64,000 nucleotides of DNA from an uncultured delta proteobacterium (GTDB taxonomy: Bacteria; Desulfobacterota; Binatia; UBA9968): assembly GCA_963745035.1 (NCBI GenBank), contig CAVUVW010000014.1:480001-544000 (forward strand), in the 5' to 3' direction. Shown here one piece after another: positions 35,370-44,772 of the stretch. The position numbers and the translations under genes were made by a program. The notes beneath the pieces are model-generated. The model made no database searches. It was not told the origin of the DNA and saw nothing but the letters and a program-made list of their open reading frames with translations. How positions within the stretch are numbered: the first letter of the stretch is position 1; every line of letters starts with the position of its first letter.

Positions 35370-38300
35370 ATGCGGCTTTCAAGAGCTTTGACAACGCTTG
35401 TGCTGGGTTGTCTATGTTGTCTCTCACGGCCTGAAATCGCCCCTGCTGCGCAGGAGGAGATGCGGCCTAAGCGTGTATTGATGATCTCGACCGGCAGCCG
35501 GATTGCGCCGGGCTTCGCGGCTGTTGATCAGCAGTTACTCCAAGCATTGGCGAAGGTCCCGGCGCCCGTCGAAACCTACGCGGAGAATCTCGATATCATT
35601 CGATTTCCTACGCAGCGTTTTCAGCGAATTTTCAGAGAATATTTAATGGAGAAATACGCCCAACATCCTCCCAACCTGATTATACTGGTCTACGTCGGTA
35701 ACTTAGGGATTAGCGTAAAATTGCTCGAGCAACTGTTTCCACAAACTCCGATTATAGTCGCCGGGATATCCGAAGAGGAAATCCGTCCCAACCAGTTCGG
35801 TGCGCTGGTCACTGGCTTGGTGCAGCGCATGGATCCGCGCACGACGTTGGAATTGATTCTCCGCCTACAACCCGACACCCGCCGTATTGTCGTCATCGGC
35901 GGCAGCGCAGAAGTAGATCGCACGTTTCTCAAGCGGGTGAAAGCCATCGCACCCTCCTTCGCAGGACGGGTCGACTTTGATTTTTGGGACAATCGTAGCA
36001 TGGCCCAGCTGCGCCATGACGTCGCCGTGCTGTCGCCGCAAACACCAATTCTCTTTACCGCAATGTTTCGGGATGGAGCAGGTCAGGCGTTTGTTTCCAG
36101 CCAGGTGGGGCAGAATATCGGTCAGTGGGCAAATGCACCAGTCTATGCCTTGACGAATACGGTTTTAGGCACCGGCGCTGTCGGTGGATCGATGCTCAGC
36201 ATCGAAGCAATGGGAAAGCGTGCCGGCGAAATGGCGCAGCTCATTCTAAGCGGTATGGCGCCGGCCTCGCTGCCATTCGAGATCCGTACGGACAGCGTGC
36301 CGACCTTCGATTGGCGCGCTTTGCAACGCTGGGGAATTCGGGAAAACCGGCTATCGCCGGGCAGCGTGGTGCGATTCAAACCGCCTTCTATATGGGAGCA
36401 ATACCGTTGGTACGTCATCGGCGCGCTCTTCATAATCTGCATGCAGGGCGCCATGATCGCCGATTTGCTTCTCCAGCGCCGACGCCGGCTCCGGGCGGAG
36501 GCCGGTTTGTTGGAGAGTCAACAATTCATGGAGTTAGCAACCGAAGCCGGCGGCATCGGATTGTGGGTTCGCGACCTGGTACGTGGGAATTTGTGGGCCA
36601 ATCCTCGCCTGCGTTCTTTGTTAGGATTCGGTGATGCGGATACGCTCAGCGTCGATGAGATTTTGGCTCGCGTCCATCCGCACGACCGAGCGATGGTCAC
36701 CGGAGTCGTCGAGCGAGCACAAGAGAGCGGAGCGCCTTTTGACGTAGAGTTTCGAACAGTATTTCCAGCTGCCCCGGAGCATTGGATTGCCGTCAGAGGC
36801 CAATTCGTACGCAGTCATGAAGGCGAGCTTGTGCGCCGTATGGGAACGATGATCGATATCACGGACCGCAAAGTAGCCGAGCAACAACTGTGGGAGAGTG
36901 AAGAGAACTTTCGCCGACTGGTGGAATCCACAGCGGCCGTCCTTTGGCAAGCCGACCCTGAAACCTGGGCATTTACCTACGTCGCCCCGCAGGCGGTGAA
37001 GCTGCTCGGTTATCCGCTGGAGCAGTGGTACGAACAAGATTTCTGGGTTTCGCATATCCATCCCGATGACCGGCAGTGGGCGGTCGACACGTGTATGACG
37101 AGGAGCCGGACCGCTGAAGAATTCGCATTCGATTACCGGATGATGAAAGCGTCGGGCGAGGTCGTCTGGGTTCATGATATCGTCAACTGCCAGCAGCAAA
37201 ATGGCAAGCCCAAGCAGCTACGCGGTCTGATGTTCGACATCACCGAGCGGAAACACAGCGAGCAGGCGATACTCGAGAGTGAACAGCGTTTTCGCACAAT
37301 GGCTAACGCGGCCCCGGTGATGATCTGGATGTCCGATGCCAATAAGCTCTGCACATTTTTCAACAAAGGCTGGCTCGATTTTACCGGGCGATCGCCAGAG
37401 CAAGAACTTGGCAGCGGTTGGCAAGAGAGTGTGCACGAAAGCGATCTTGATCGCTGCCTTGAAGTTTACTTCACGGCCTTTCATGTGCGCCAAGAATATA
37501 CGATCGAATTTCGTTTGCGTCGACACGACGGAGAATATCGCTGGGTTTTGGCTCGCGGAGTTCCGCGCTTCGAATCGGAGGGCATGTTCCTCGGATATAT
37601 CGGCACTGCCATCGATATTACCGAGCTTAAGCGCGGCGAGGAAAAATTCCGCAGCGCGGTTGAGGCCTCGCCCAACGCGATTGTGATGATCGACGAGCAA
37701 GACCGGATCTTGCTGGTCAACGTGTGCGCAGAAAAGCTGTTCGGTTACGCGCGCGAGGAATTATTCGGCCAACCCGTGGAGATGCTCGTTCCGGAGCGAT
37801 TTCGCGGCGCGCATCCGGCGCATCGCGCGGATTTTCTCGCGGCGCCGCAGACCCGATCCATAGGGGCGGGGCGAGAGCTGTTCGGTCTCTGCAAAGACGG
37901 CAGCGAGTTCCCGATCGAGATCGGGCTCAGCCCCATCCACACGGCTGAAGGATTAATCATATTAACCACGATCATCGACATTTCGGAGCGCAAGCGCAGC
38001 GCCGAAGCTCTGGAGAGGGAGCGGGTTTTCTTGCGACAGGTGATCGACACTGTGCCGAACTTTATTTTTGCCAAGGACCAGGACGGTCGCTTCACGCTCG
38101 CAAACCAGGCAGTAGCTGAAGCTTATGGTACAACCGTGGAGAATCTCATTGGCAAGAGCGATGCCGATTTCAACTCGAATATGGAAGAGGTCGAAGCGTT
38201 CCGGCGCGTCGACCAACAAGTCATCGAGACGCTGAGGGAACGCTTCATCGCGGAAGAACATATCACCGACGCAAAGGGGAGACTGCGCTGGCTTCAGACC

Positions 38301-39149
38301 GTCAAACGCCCGATCATCGAAAGCGATGGCAGGGCGAAGCAAGTGCTTGGCGCATCCACGGACATCACGCGACGCAAAGAAATAGATTTGGAGCTCAGGG
38401 AGCAGCGAGCGGAACTCGCCCACGCGGCGCGCTTGACGAGCATGGGAGAATTGGCGGCCTCCCTGGCGCATGAATTGAACCAGCCACTGACGGCGATCCT
38501 GAGCAATGCGCAAGCGGCACTCCGCTTCATGAACGGCAAATCGGTTCACCTCGAGGAGGTGCGGGAGATCCTGCGTGATATCGTCAAGGACAACAGCCGC
38601 GCGGGCGAAGTTATTCGGCGCATGCGTGCATTGGTCAAAAAGGAAACTCTCGAGTTCGTCTCGATCGATCTGGCGGGCCTGATCGAGGACGTGGTCTCGC
38701 TGGTCCACAGCGACGCGATTCTGCAGAACGTTCGAATCGCGCTTGAATTGAATGGCAGTCTGCCAGCGGTATGGGGCGATCGAGTGCAGCTGCAGCAGGT
38801 GGTGCTCAATATCATGTTGAACGCCTTCGACGCCATGAGCGAGTGTCCAACCGATCAGCGAAAGGTCGAATTGCAGGTGGAACCTTACGGCGCGGAGCTG
38901 ATCAAGATAGCTGTGAGCGACCGCGGACCGGGTCTAAGCGGAGACCAGCTCGACAAAATTTTCCAACCGTTTTACACCACGAAGGGTAATGGGTTAGGAA
39001 TGGGGCTGTCGATTTGTCGATCGATCATTGAGGCGCACGGTGGACGTCTCTGGGCTGAGAATAACAGCGAGGGCGGCGCAACGTTTCACTTCACCGTGCC
39101 GGTCGAGAAGTGTGGAGAAACGGCGGAAGTCGGCGTCGTCCGGACGTGA
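35370..39149 (+). CDS. Multi-PAS sensor histidine kinase with periplasmic binding-protein-like input domain (FixL/NodV-type core)
   Basis: Signal peptide, TM ~aa 345, about five PAS/PAC repeats (DITxRK-like ends), H-box LAHELNQPL, N/G boxes. Confidence 0.9.
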   Translation: MRLSRALTTLVLGCLCCLSRPEIAPAAQEEMRPKRVLMISTGSRIAPGFAAVDQQLLQALAKVPAPVETYAENLDIIRFPTQRFQRIFREYLMEKYAQHPPNLIILVYVGNLGISVKLLEQLFPQTPIIVAGISEEEIRPNQFGALVTGLVQRMDPRTTLELILRLQPDTRRIVVIGGSAEVDRTFLKRVKAIAPSFAGRVDFDFWDNRSMAQLRHDVAVLSPQTPILFTAMFRDGAGQAFVSSQVGQNIGQWANAPVYALTNTVLGTGAVGGSMLSIEAMGKRAGEMAQLILSGMAPASLPFEIRTDSVPTFDWRALQRWGIRENRLSPGSVVRFKPPSIWEQYRWYVIGALFIICMQGAMIADLLLQRRRRLRAEAGLLESQQFMELATEAGGIGLWVRDLVRGNLWANPRLRSLLGFGDADTLSVDEILARVHPHDRAMVTGVVERAQESGAPFDVEFRTVFPAAPEHWIAVRGQFVRSHEGELVRRMGTMIDITDRKVAEQQLWESEENFRRLVESTAAVLWQADPETWAFTYVAPQAVKLLGYPLEQWYEQDFWVSHIHPDDRQWAVDTCMTRSRTAEEFAFDYRMMKASGEVVWVHDIVNCQQQNGKPKQLRGLMFDITERKHSEQAILESEQRFRTMANAAPVMIWMSDANKLCTFFNKGWLDFTGRSPEQELGSGWQESVHESDLDRCLEVYFTAFHVRQEYTIEFRLRRHDGEYRWVLARGVPRFESEGMFLGYIGTAIDITELKRGEEKFRSAVEASPNAIVMIDEQDRILLVNVCAEKLFGYAREELFGQPVEMLVPERFRGAHPAHRADFLAAPQTRSIGAGRELFGLCKDGSEFPIEIGLSPIHTAEGLIILTTIIDISERKRSAEALERERVFLRQVIDTVPNFIFAKDQDGRFTLANQAVAEAYGTTVENLIGKSDADFNSNMEEVEAFRRVDQQVIETLRERFIAEEHITDAKGRLRWLQTVKRPIIESDGRAKQVLGASTDITRRKEIDLELREQRAELAHAARLTSMGELAASLAHELNQPLTAILSNAQAALRFMNGKSVHLEEVREILRDIVKDNSRAGEVIRRMRALVKKETLEFVSIDLAGLIEDVVSLVHSDAILQNVRIALELNGSLPAVWGDRVQLQQVVLNIMLNAFDAMSECPTDQRKVELQVEPYGAELIKIAVSDRGPGLSGDQLDKIFQPFYTTKGNGLGMGLSICRSIIEAHGGRLWAENNSEGGATFHFTVPVEKCGETAEVGVVRT

Positions 39150-39223
39150 GTGAGGCTATGTCCACACTGAAATACAAGTTTTCAGATCCAGTACCCGAAG
39201 GCCGGTTAGCTACCCGAAAGTTT

Positions 39224-39871
39224 ATGGCATCCTCTGCCAACACGGTTTTTCTTGTCGATGACGATCCTTCGGTCCGCAAGGCGTTGACACGGCTGATCAA
39301 GTCTGCCGGATTTGTCGTACACGCGTTTTCCTCGGCGGACGATTTTCTTAAATCCCGTACCACGGTGGACGAAGTCCCAGCCTGCTTGGTGCTCGATGTG
39401 CGTATGCCCGGCCTGAGCGGTCTAGATCTGCAGCTTGAATTGCAGGCTGCCGATGTGCTGCTTCCGATCATTTTCATTACCGGACACGGCGACATCCCGA
39501 TGAGTGTGCGGGCGATGAAGGATGGCGCCGTCGATTTTCTGCCGAAGCCCGTTCAGGACAAGGTGCTGCTGAAAACGATCGAGCAGGCGCTGGAGCGCGC
39601 CCGTCGCGATCACGCCGAGCGCGCAGAACTTGAGGGAATCCGGACGCGTCTCGATAGCTTGACCGCCCGTGAGTGCGAAGTAATGCAGCTGGTCGTGCAA
39701 GGTTTTTTGAACAAGCAGATCGCCTTCGAGCTCGGGACGGTTGAAAAAACCATCAAGGTGCATCGGGCGCGGGTCATGGAAAAGATGAAGGTGCGATCTC
39801 TTGCCGAGCTCGTGCACCTCAGCGATCGCGCGGGATTGGTGAAAAGTCCTAGTCTCCGGTCACGACGCTGA
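39224..39871 (+). CDS. FixJ/NodW-family response regulator (REC + LuxR HTH); alternative start 39158
   Basis: VDDD, LDVRMPG, ITGHGDIPM, FLPKP, LTARE...NKQIAFELGTVEKTIKVHR. Confidence 0.92.
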   Translation: MASSANTVFLVDDDPSVRKALTRLIKSAGFVVHAFSSADDFLKSRTTVDEVPACLVLDVRMPGLSGLDLQLELQAADVLLPIIFITGHGDIPMSVRAMKDGAVDFLPKPVQDKVLLKTIEQALERARRDHAERAELEGIRTRLDSLTARECEVMQLVVQGFLNKQIAFELGTVEKTIKVHRARVMEKMKVRSLAELVHLSDRAGLVKSPSLRSRR

Positions 39872-39938
39872 CCGACATCGATAGGCCTCCCTTCAGGCAG
39901 TCATTCCTCGTCTCCGCAACCTCTTTCCGTTCCTCCTA

Positions 39939-39954
39939 TTGGACTAAGGTCCAA
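39939..39954. promoter_or_regulatory. Palindromic regulator site (copy 2)
   Basis: ttggactaaggtccaa, 23 nt before TACAGT. Confidence 0.75.
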
Positions 39955-40043
39955 TATACGCGCACTTTTGCTCTCGCTACAGTCCTGTTCACTCGATGGT
40001 GTTGCTTATCAATCATTTCGGTCACGGCCCAGAGGGTGTCGCG

Positions 40044-40436
40044 TTGTATAAATCCAAACCGTTGATTGCCATCGTGGACGACGATGAATCGGTCTGCCGC
40101 GCAATACGGCGACTGGTGCGGTCACTGGCCATGGATGCAGAGATATTCAGCTCAGGGCGCCAGTTTCTCGATCTTCTTCATGCCATGCCCTCGTTCCAAC
40201 CTGACTGTGTGATTCTCGACGTGCAAATGCCTGGGATGAACGGTTTGGAGGTGCAAGAGCTGCTCTCCGAGAGCGGCAAGAAGTTTCCTTTGATCTTTAT
40301 TACAGCGCACGATGAGGTCGGCGTGCGGGAAAAGGCTCTCAATGGCGGAGCACTGGCCTTCCTGCGCAAACCCTTTGATGACGAGTTGCTCGTAAAGACT
40401 CTGAGTGAGGGGCTCAAACGCGCTGCGAGGAATTAA
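40044..40436 (+). CDS. Single-domain response regulator (CheY-like)
   Basis: IVDDD, LDVQMPG, ITAH, FLRKPF; TTG start after GAGGG assumed. Confidence 0.85.
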   Translation: MYKSKPLIAIVDDDESVCRAIRRLVRSLAMDAEIFSSGRQFLDLLHAMPSFQPDCVILDVQMPGMNGLEVQELLSESGKKFPLIFITAHDEVGVREKALNGGALAFLRKPFDDELLVKTLSEGLKRAARN

Positions 40437-40460
40437 TGAGTTCAAACAAGGGAAAAGTCG

Positions 40461-42134
40461 GTGACACAGTTTAAAGGTTTCTTTCGGTCCGGGTCTCGGT
40501 TCATGATCGGGGTGCTGGCGATTCTGGCGCTGCAACATGGAATGACTTTCGCCGCGCAGCACGCATATGAGCAGCGGGAAGTCCTCAGCGCTTCGAAAAT
40601 CCTACCGCCGGATCTTCTGAGCGGCCCGAATCATCGGGTCGAAGAAAGAGTTTACAACGACGGCTATCTTAATACCTATCGAATCGGCTCCAAGTTCGGT
40701 ACTTTCGTCGCCGTATCAACGCCAATGCTGCGCAAGCGCATCGGTGAGATCAATGCACTGGTTCGCATGGAGCAGATCCAGAACACGAAGGAATTTACCT
40801 CAGCGCTCAAGGAAGCAGGTACCGACACCTTGGTCGGCTTCAAAAATCTCGTCACCGAGCCCGGCGATACTGTAAAGGGCGCTGTTTCGGGATTAGGCGT
40901 GGCCTTTCGCCGGGCGGGCGACGCCCTCACAGGTCCAAAGCGGAGCGATGCCGAAGACAGCAAAATCAAAGACCTGATCGGGTTCTCTAAAACCAAGCGC
41001 GAATACGCCTACCAACTCGGGGTCGATGCCTATACCGATAACGAACAAGTCCAAGACCGGCTCGACCAGATTTCCTGGGCCGGATATGCCGGCGGGATTA
41101 CCTGGGCGGGCGCCATGGCCGCAGTGCCGGGGGGCGCCGGCTTGGCGATAACGATCTCGGGAACTCACCACCTGTTAAACGAGGTTTTTCGCACCACGCC
41201 TCCAGTCGATCTGCGCCGAATGAATGGCGAAAAACTCAAGGCCATGGCCGTGCATCCGGAAGTCGCTGATGCCTTTTTGAACAATTCCTTCTATTCACCG
41301 CGATACCAGACGCTGCTGGTCCATGCGCTGGAGGAAATGAAAGGCGTCGGCGATCGGGCGACCTTCATCCGATTGGCGGCGTCCAGTGTAAATAGGGACA
41401 TCGCGTTTTTCCGCCAGCGACAGGCTGAAACGTACGCGGGCTTTCATAAAGCGGTAGCTCCGGTTGCAGCATTTATCGACTTGGGTGGATTTGCCGCCGT
41501 GCGAACCACAAAGAACGAAGTGGTCTTCAGCGTACCACTGGATCATCTCGTCTGGACTGAAGACATGGCGAAATTATTGACCGCCGCGGACGCTCGCGTC
41601 ACTCAATTAAACCGTCCGGCCCGCAAACAATTATGGATCACTGGAACAACGAGTACGCGGGCAAAAAAGGAGCTCGAAGCTCGAGGCTGGCAGCTGCACG
41701 AGCGGGCGGAACAGCGGTTGCTCAGTTGGTCCGAAGAGTATCCGAACTATCAGAAGCCGGAGGAAAGAGTCCCGGACGCTCTCGTCAAACTGAACTTTAA
41801 GTCTGTCGGCGTCGGTGTCGGTGGCAGCTCCGGCGATGGCATTCTTTCGTACCAGGGCAAAGACTATCCACTGGGGATCTCCGGAATCAATATTGCCGAT
41901 CTTGGCGTATCGCAGTTTCAGGGTGCGGGCAAAGTGTACGAACTCAAGAACGTCGCCGATTTCTCCGGTAACTATGCCGCGGCGCAGGCCGCCTTCGCGG
42001 TTCGGGGAGGACAGAGTTCTTTGTCCATGAAAAATGGCAAAGGCGTAACCATTGTAATTTTGCAGGATGAGGGCAAAGAATCGGGAACGCGCTTAAGCCT
42101 CGGCCCATCCGGTATCACTTTTAAGCTAAAGTAA
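40461..42134 (+). CDS. Exported hypothetical protein with C-terminal beta-rich (DUF1134/EipA-like) domain
   Basis: Signal peptide; C-terminal SVGVGVGGSSGDGILSYQGK...GAGKVYELKNVADFSGNY. Confidence 0.7.
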   Translation: MTQFKGFFRSGSRFMIGVLAILALQHGMTFAAQHAYEQREVLSASKILPPDLLSGPNHRVEERVYNDGYLNTYRIGSKFGTFVAVSTPMLRKRIGEINALVRMEQIQNTKEFTSALKEAGTDTLVGFKNLVTEPGDTVKGAVSGLGVAFRRAGDALTGPKRSDAEDSKIKDLIGFSKTKREYAYQLGVDAYTDNEQVQDRLDQISWAGYAGGITWAGAMAAVPGGAGLAITISGTHHLLNEVFRTTPPVDLRRMNGEKLKAMAVHPEVADAFLNNSFYSPRYQTLLVHALEEMKGVGDRATFIRLAASSVNRDIAFFRQRQAETYAGFHKAVAPVAAFIDLGGFAAVRTTKNEVVFSVPLDHLVWTEDMAKLLTAADARVTQLNRPARKQLWITGTTSTRAKKELEARGWQLHERAEQRLLSWSEEYPNYQKPEERVPDALVKLNFKSVGVGVGGSSGDGILSYQGKDYPLGISGINIADLGVSQFQGAGKVYELKNVADFSGNYAAAQAAFAVRGGQSSLSMKNGKGVTIVILQDEGKESGTRLSLGPSGITFKLK

Positions 42135-42160
42135 AAGGTAGAGCTCGCGAGGAATTTACA

Positions 42161-43528
42161 ATGAATCGAAATATTGACGGGCGAATCTTTATCTGGCTGA
42201 TGATTGGCCTTTTGTCTGCGCCCCCGCAGGTGTTCTCTCAGCAGAAGGCAGCCGCTCCGGAGAAGACAGCCGCTGCGGTTTTTTCGCAGGAAGAATTGGA
42301 TCAAACCCTGGCGCCCATCGCGCTCCACCCGGACTCGCTCGTCGCGCAGATTTTAATGGCGTCCACATATCCACTGGAGGTGGTGCAGGCCGACCGCTGG
42401 GCAAAGCAAAACGCCAGTCTCAAGGGGGATGCTCTGACCAAGGCGCTCGAGTCGCAGAACTGGGACCCGAGCGTAAAATCGCTGGTGAACTTTCCCCAGG
42501 TACTCACCATGATGAGCGAGAAGCTCGACTGGACTCAGAAGCTCGGCGACGCGTTTTTGGCCGACCAGAAAAAAGTCTTGGATACCATCCAGAGTTTGCG
42601 CGCCAAAGCGCAGGCTTCCGGCAATCTCAAAACGACCAAAGAGCAGACCGTCATCGTCGAAGAAAAGATCATCAAGATCGAGCCGGCACAACCCCAAACG
42701 GTTTACGTGCCGACCTATAACCCGACCGTGGTTTACGGCGCGTGGCCGTACCCGGCCTCCCCGCCTTATTACTACTATCCGCCGGGATATGTAGCCAGCT
42801 CCGTGCTTGCGTTCGGCGCCGGTGTCGCCATGGGGGCCGCGTGGGGTTATGCGTGGGGCGGCTGCAACTGGGGCGGCGGAGACGTCGACATCGATGTCGA
42901 TCGGAACACGAATATCAATAACAACATCAACCGAGACCAGGCCAAGCAGAAATTACAGGAGAGGGGACAGGCTAATCAAAGGGGTCAGGGCAAATGGCAG
43001 CACAACCCCGAGCACCGCAAAGGAGTTTCGTATCGCGACCAGGGAACGGCGCAGAAATTCAATCGGGAGAGCACCAACCAGGCGATTCAGTCCAGGGAAC
43101 AGTTTCGTGGACGGTCCGAGCAAGGACAGCAGGAATTGGCTCGCGGAGGCGGCGATCGCGCCGCTGCCGGCGATCGCGGTGGCCAGGGACCAGGCGGTGA
43201 CCGCGGCGGAAGCGATCGCGCTGCTGGCGGTGACCGCGGCGGCGCCGGTGGTGACCGCGGTGGGGGCGATCGCGCTGCGATTAGCGATCGAGGCGGCCAG
43301 GGAGTCGGCGGTGATCGAGGCGGGTCGGGCGGTGATCGAGGCGGTGCAAGTCAGCTCGGTGGTTCCGGCAGCCGCGGCGGCGCATTCGAGGGTGTCGGGG
43401 GTGGGGGCAGCTCAGCCCGCAGCGCGAGCGAGCGCGGCAGTGCCAGTCGCGGCGGCGGTGGCGGAGGGCGTGGGGGCGGTGGCGGCGGAGGCCGGGGGGG
43501 TGGTGGTGGCGGAGGCCGGCGCCGCTAG
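42161..43528 (+). CDS. DUF3300 domain protein with Gly/Arg-rich tail
   Basis: ELDQTLAPIALHPDSLVAQILMASTYP, WDPSVKSL, VYVPTYNPTVVYGAW, WQHNPEHR. Confidence 0.88.
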   Translation: MNRNIDGRIFIWLMIGLLSAPPQVFSQQKAAAPEKTAAAVFSQEELDQTLAPIALHPDSLVAQILMASTYPLEVVQADRWAKQNASLKGDALTKALESQNWDPSVKSLVNFPQVLTMMSEKLDWTQKLGDAFLADQKKVLDTIQSLRAKAQASGNLKTTKEQTVIVEEKIIKIEPAQPQTVYVPTYNPTVVYGAWPYPASPPYYYYPPGYVASSVLAFGAGVAMGAAWGYAWGGCNWGGGDVDIDVDRNTNINNNINRDQAKQKLQERGQANQRGQGKWQHNPEHRKGVSYRDQGTAQKFNRESTNQAIQSREQFRGRSEQGQQELARGGGDRAAAGDRGGQGPGGDRGGSDRAAGGDRGGAGGDRGGGDRAAISDRGGQGVGGDRGGSGGDRGGASQLGGSGSRGGAFEGVGGGGSSARSASERGSASRGGGGGGRGGGGGGGRGGGGGGGRRR

Positions 43529-43605
43529 TTTGAGCCGGAAGAGCGGAATCAGAAGGTGGAACTGTGGAAAATTTGAATGTTGCTCTTGGTTTTACCGGAG
43601 GAGAA

Positions 43606-44553
43606 ATGAAGTTTGCGAACGCAAAATCGCAAAGCCGCGCCGATCAATGGTTGCTCGCGAGCGTCGTGTTCGTTACAGTGATGTTGAATTGCAGTCTGTC
43701 GTTTGCGGCGGCAGCCCCGCAAAAAACCTTCAGCTCGGCTGAAGAAGCGGTCAAAGCCGCAATAGCCGCGGCGAAGAAGGGTGACGATAAAGAAGTTAGC
43801 GCAATCTTCGGTCCCGGCTCCCAGGAACTGCTGCATTCAGGGGACGCCATTGCGGATAAGCAGAGGCGAGCCGAATTTCTCAAGGCCTACGACGAAAGAA
43901 ACCGGCTGGTCACCGAAGGGGAGCATACCATCCTTGTGGTAGGCAAAACCGATTGGCCGCTGCCGATTCCGTTAGTCAAGAAAGGCAACGGCTGGATCTT
44001 CGATGCTGCCAAAGGAAAAGAAGAAGTACTCAATCGCCGCATCGGGCAAAACGAGCTCAGTGCGATTCAGGTTACATTAGCCTACGTCGATGCACAGCGG
44101 GAGTATGCGAGGAAGGATCGCGACCGTGATGGGCTGTTGGAATACGCCCAGAGGCCTCGCAGCGAATCGGGCAAGCGGAATGGGCTGTACTGGCCAGTCA
44201 AGAGTGGAGAAGAGCAGAGCCCCCTAGGGCCACTGGCTGCCCGCGCCGTCAAAGAAGGATATAAGGCAAGCGATAAACCGGTCCCCTTCCATGGCTATTA
44301 TTACCGCATTCTTACGGCGCAAGGGAAAAACGCGCCCGGTGGAGCCTACAGCTATCTCGTGAAAGGCAGCATGATCGGCGGCTTTGCTCTGGTGGCCTAT
44401 CCGGCGGAGTACCGCAATTCCGGAGTGATGACTTTTATCGTCAACCACGACGGCAAAGTGTTTCAGAAGGATCTCGGAAAGAACACCGCTGCGGTCGCCT
44501 CCGCGATGAAAGAATACAATCCGGACCAGAGCTGGGTGGAGGTGCAACAGTGA
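43606..44553 (+). CDS. DUF2950 domain protein
   Basis: WPLPIPLVK, RRIGQNEL, YVDAQREY, GYYYRIL, FALVAYPAEYRNSGVMTF. Confidence 0.88.
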   Translation: MKFANAKSQSRADQWLLASVVFVTVMLNCSLSFAAAAPQKTFSSAEEAVKAAIAAAKKGDDKEVSAIFGPGSQELLHSGDAIADKQRRAEFLKAYDERNRLVTEGEHTILVVGKTDWPLPIPLVKKGNGWIFDAAKGKEEVLNRRIGQNELSAIQVTLAYVDAQREYARKDRDRDGLLEYAQRPRSESGKRNGLYWPVKSGEEQSPLGPLAARAVKEGYKASDKPVPFHGYYYRILTAQGKNAPGGAYSYLVKGSMIGGFALVAYPAEYRNSGVMTFIVNHDGKVFQKDLGKNTAAVASAMKEYNPDQSWVEVQQ

Positions 44554-44772
44554 TTTGAAACGCAGAGCGATGTGATCTAAGCTACGACCTGGCTCGGACG
44601 AGAGCGGAGAATACAACGAGCTATGTCGCGAGCCGGAAAAAGGTCGATCCCAGTCAGCTTGTCGTGATGTCTTACGGTGAGAGCGCCGAATCGAAATTTT
44701 TGTTTACCGCGATCCCGTGACTGCCGGATCAGCTGAGCAAGCGAAGGACGAGCGCTGACATACGGGTGATCT

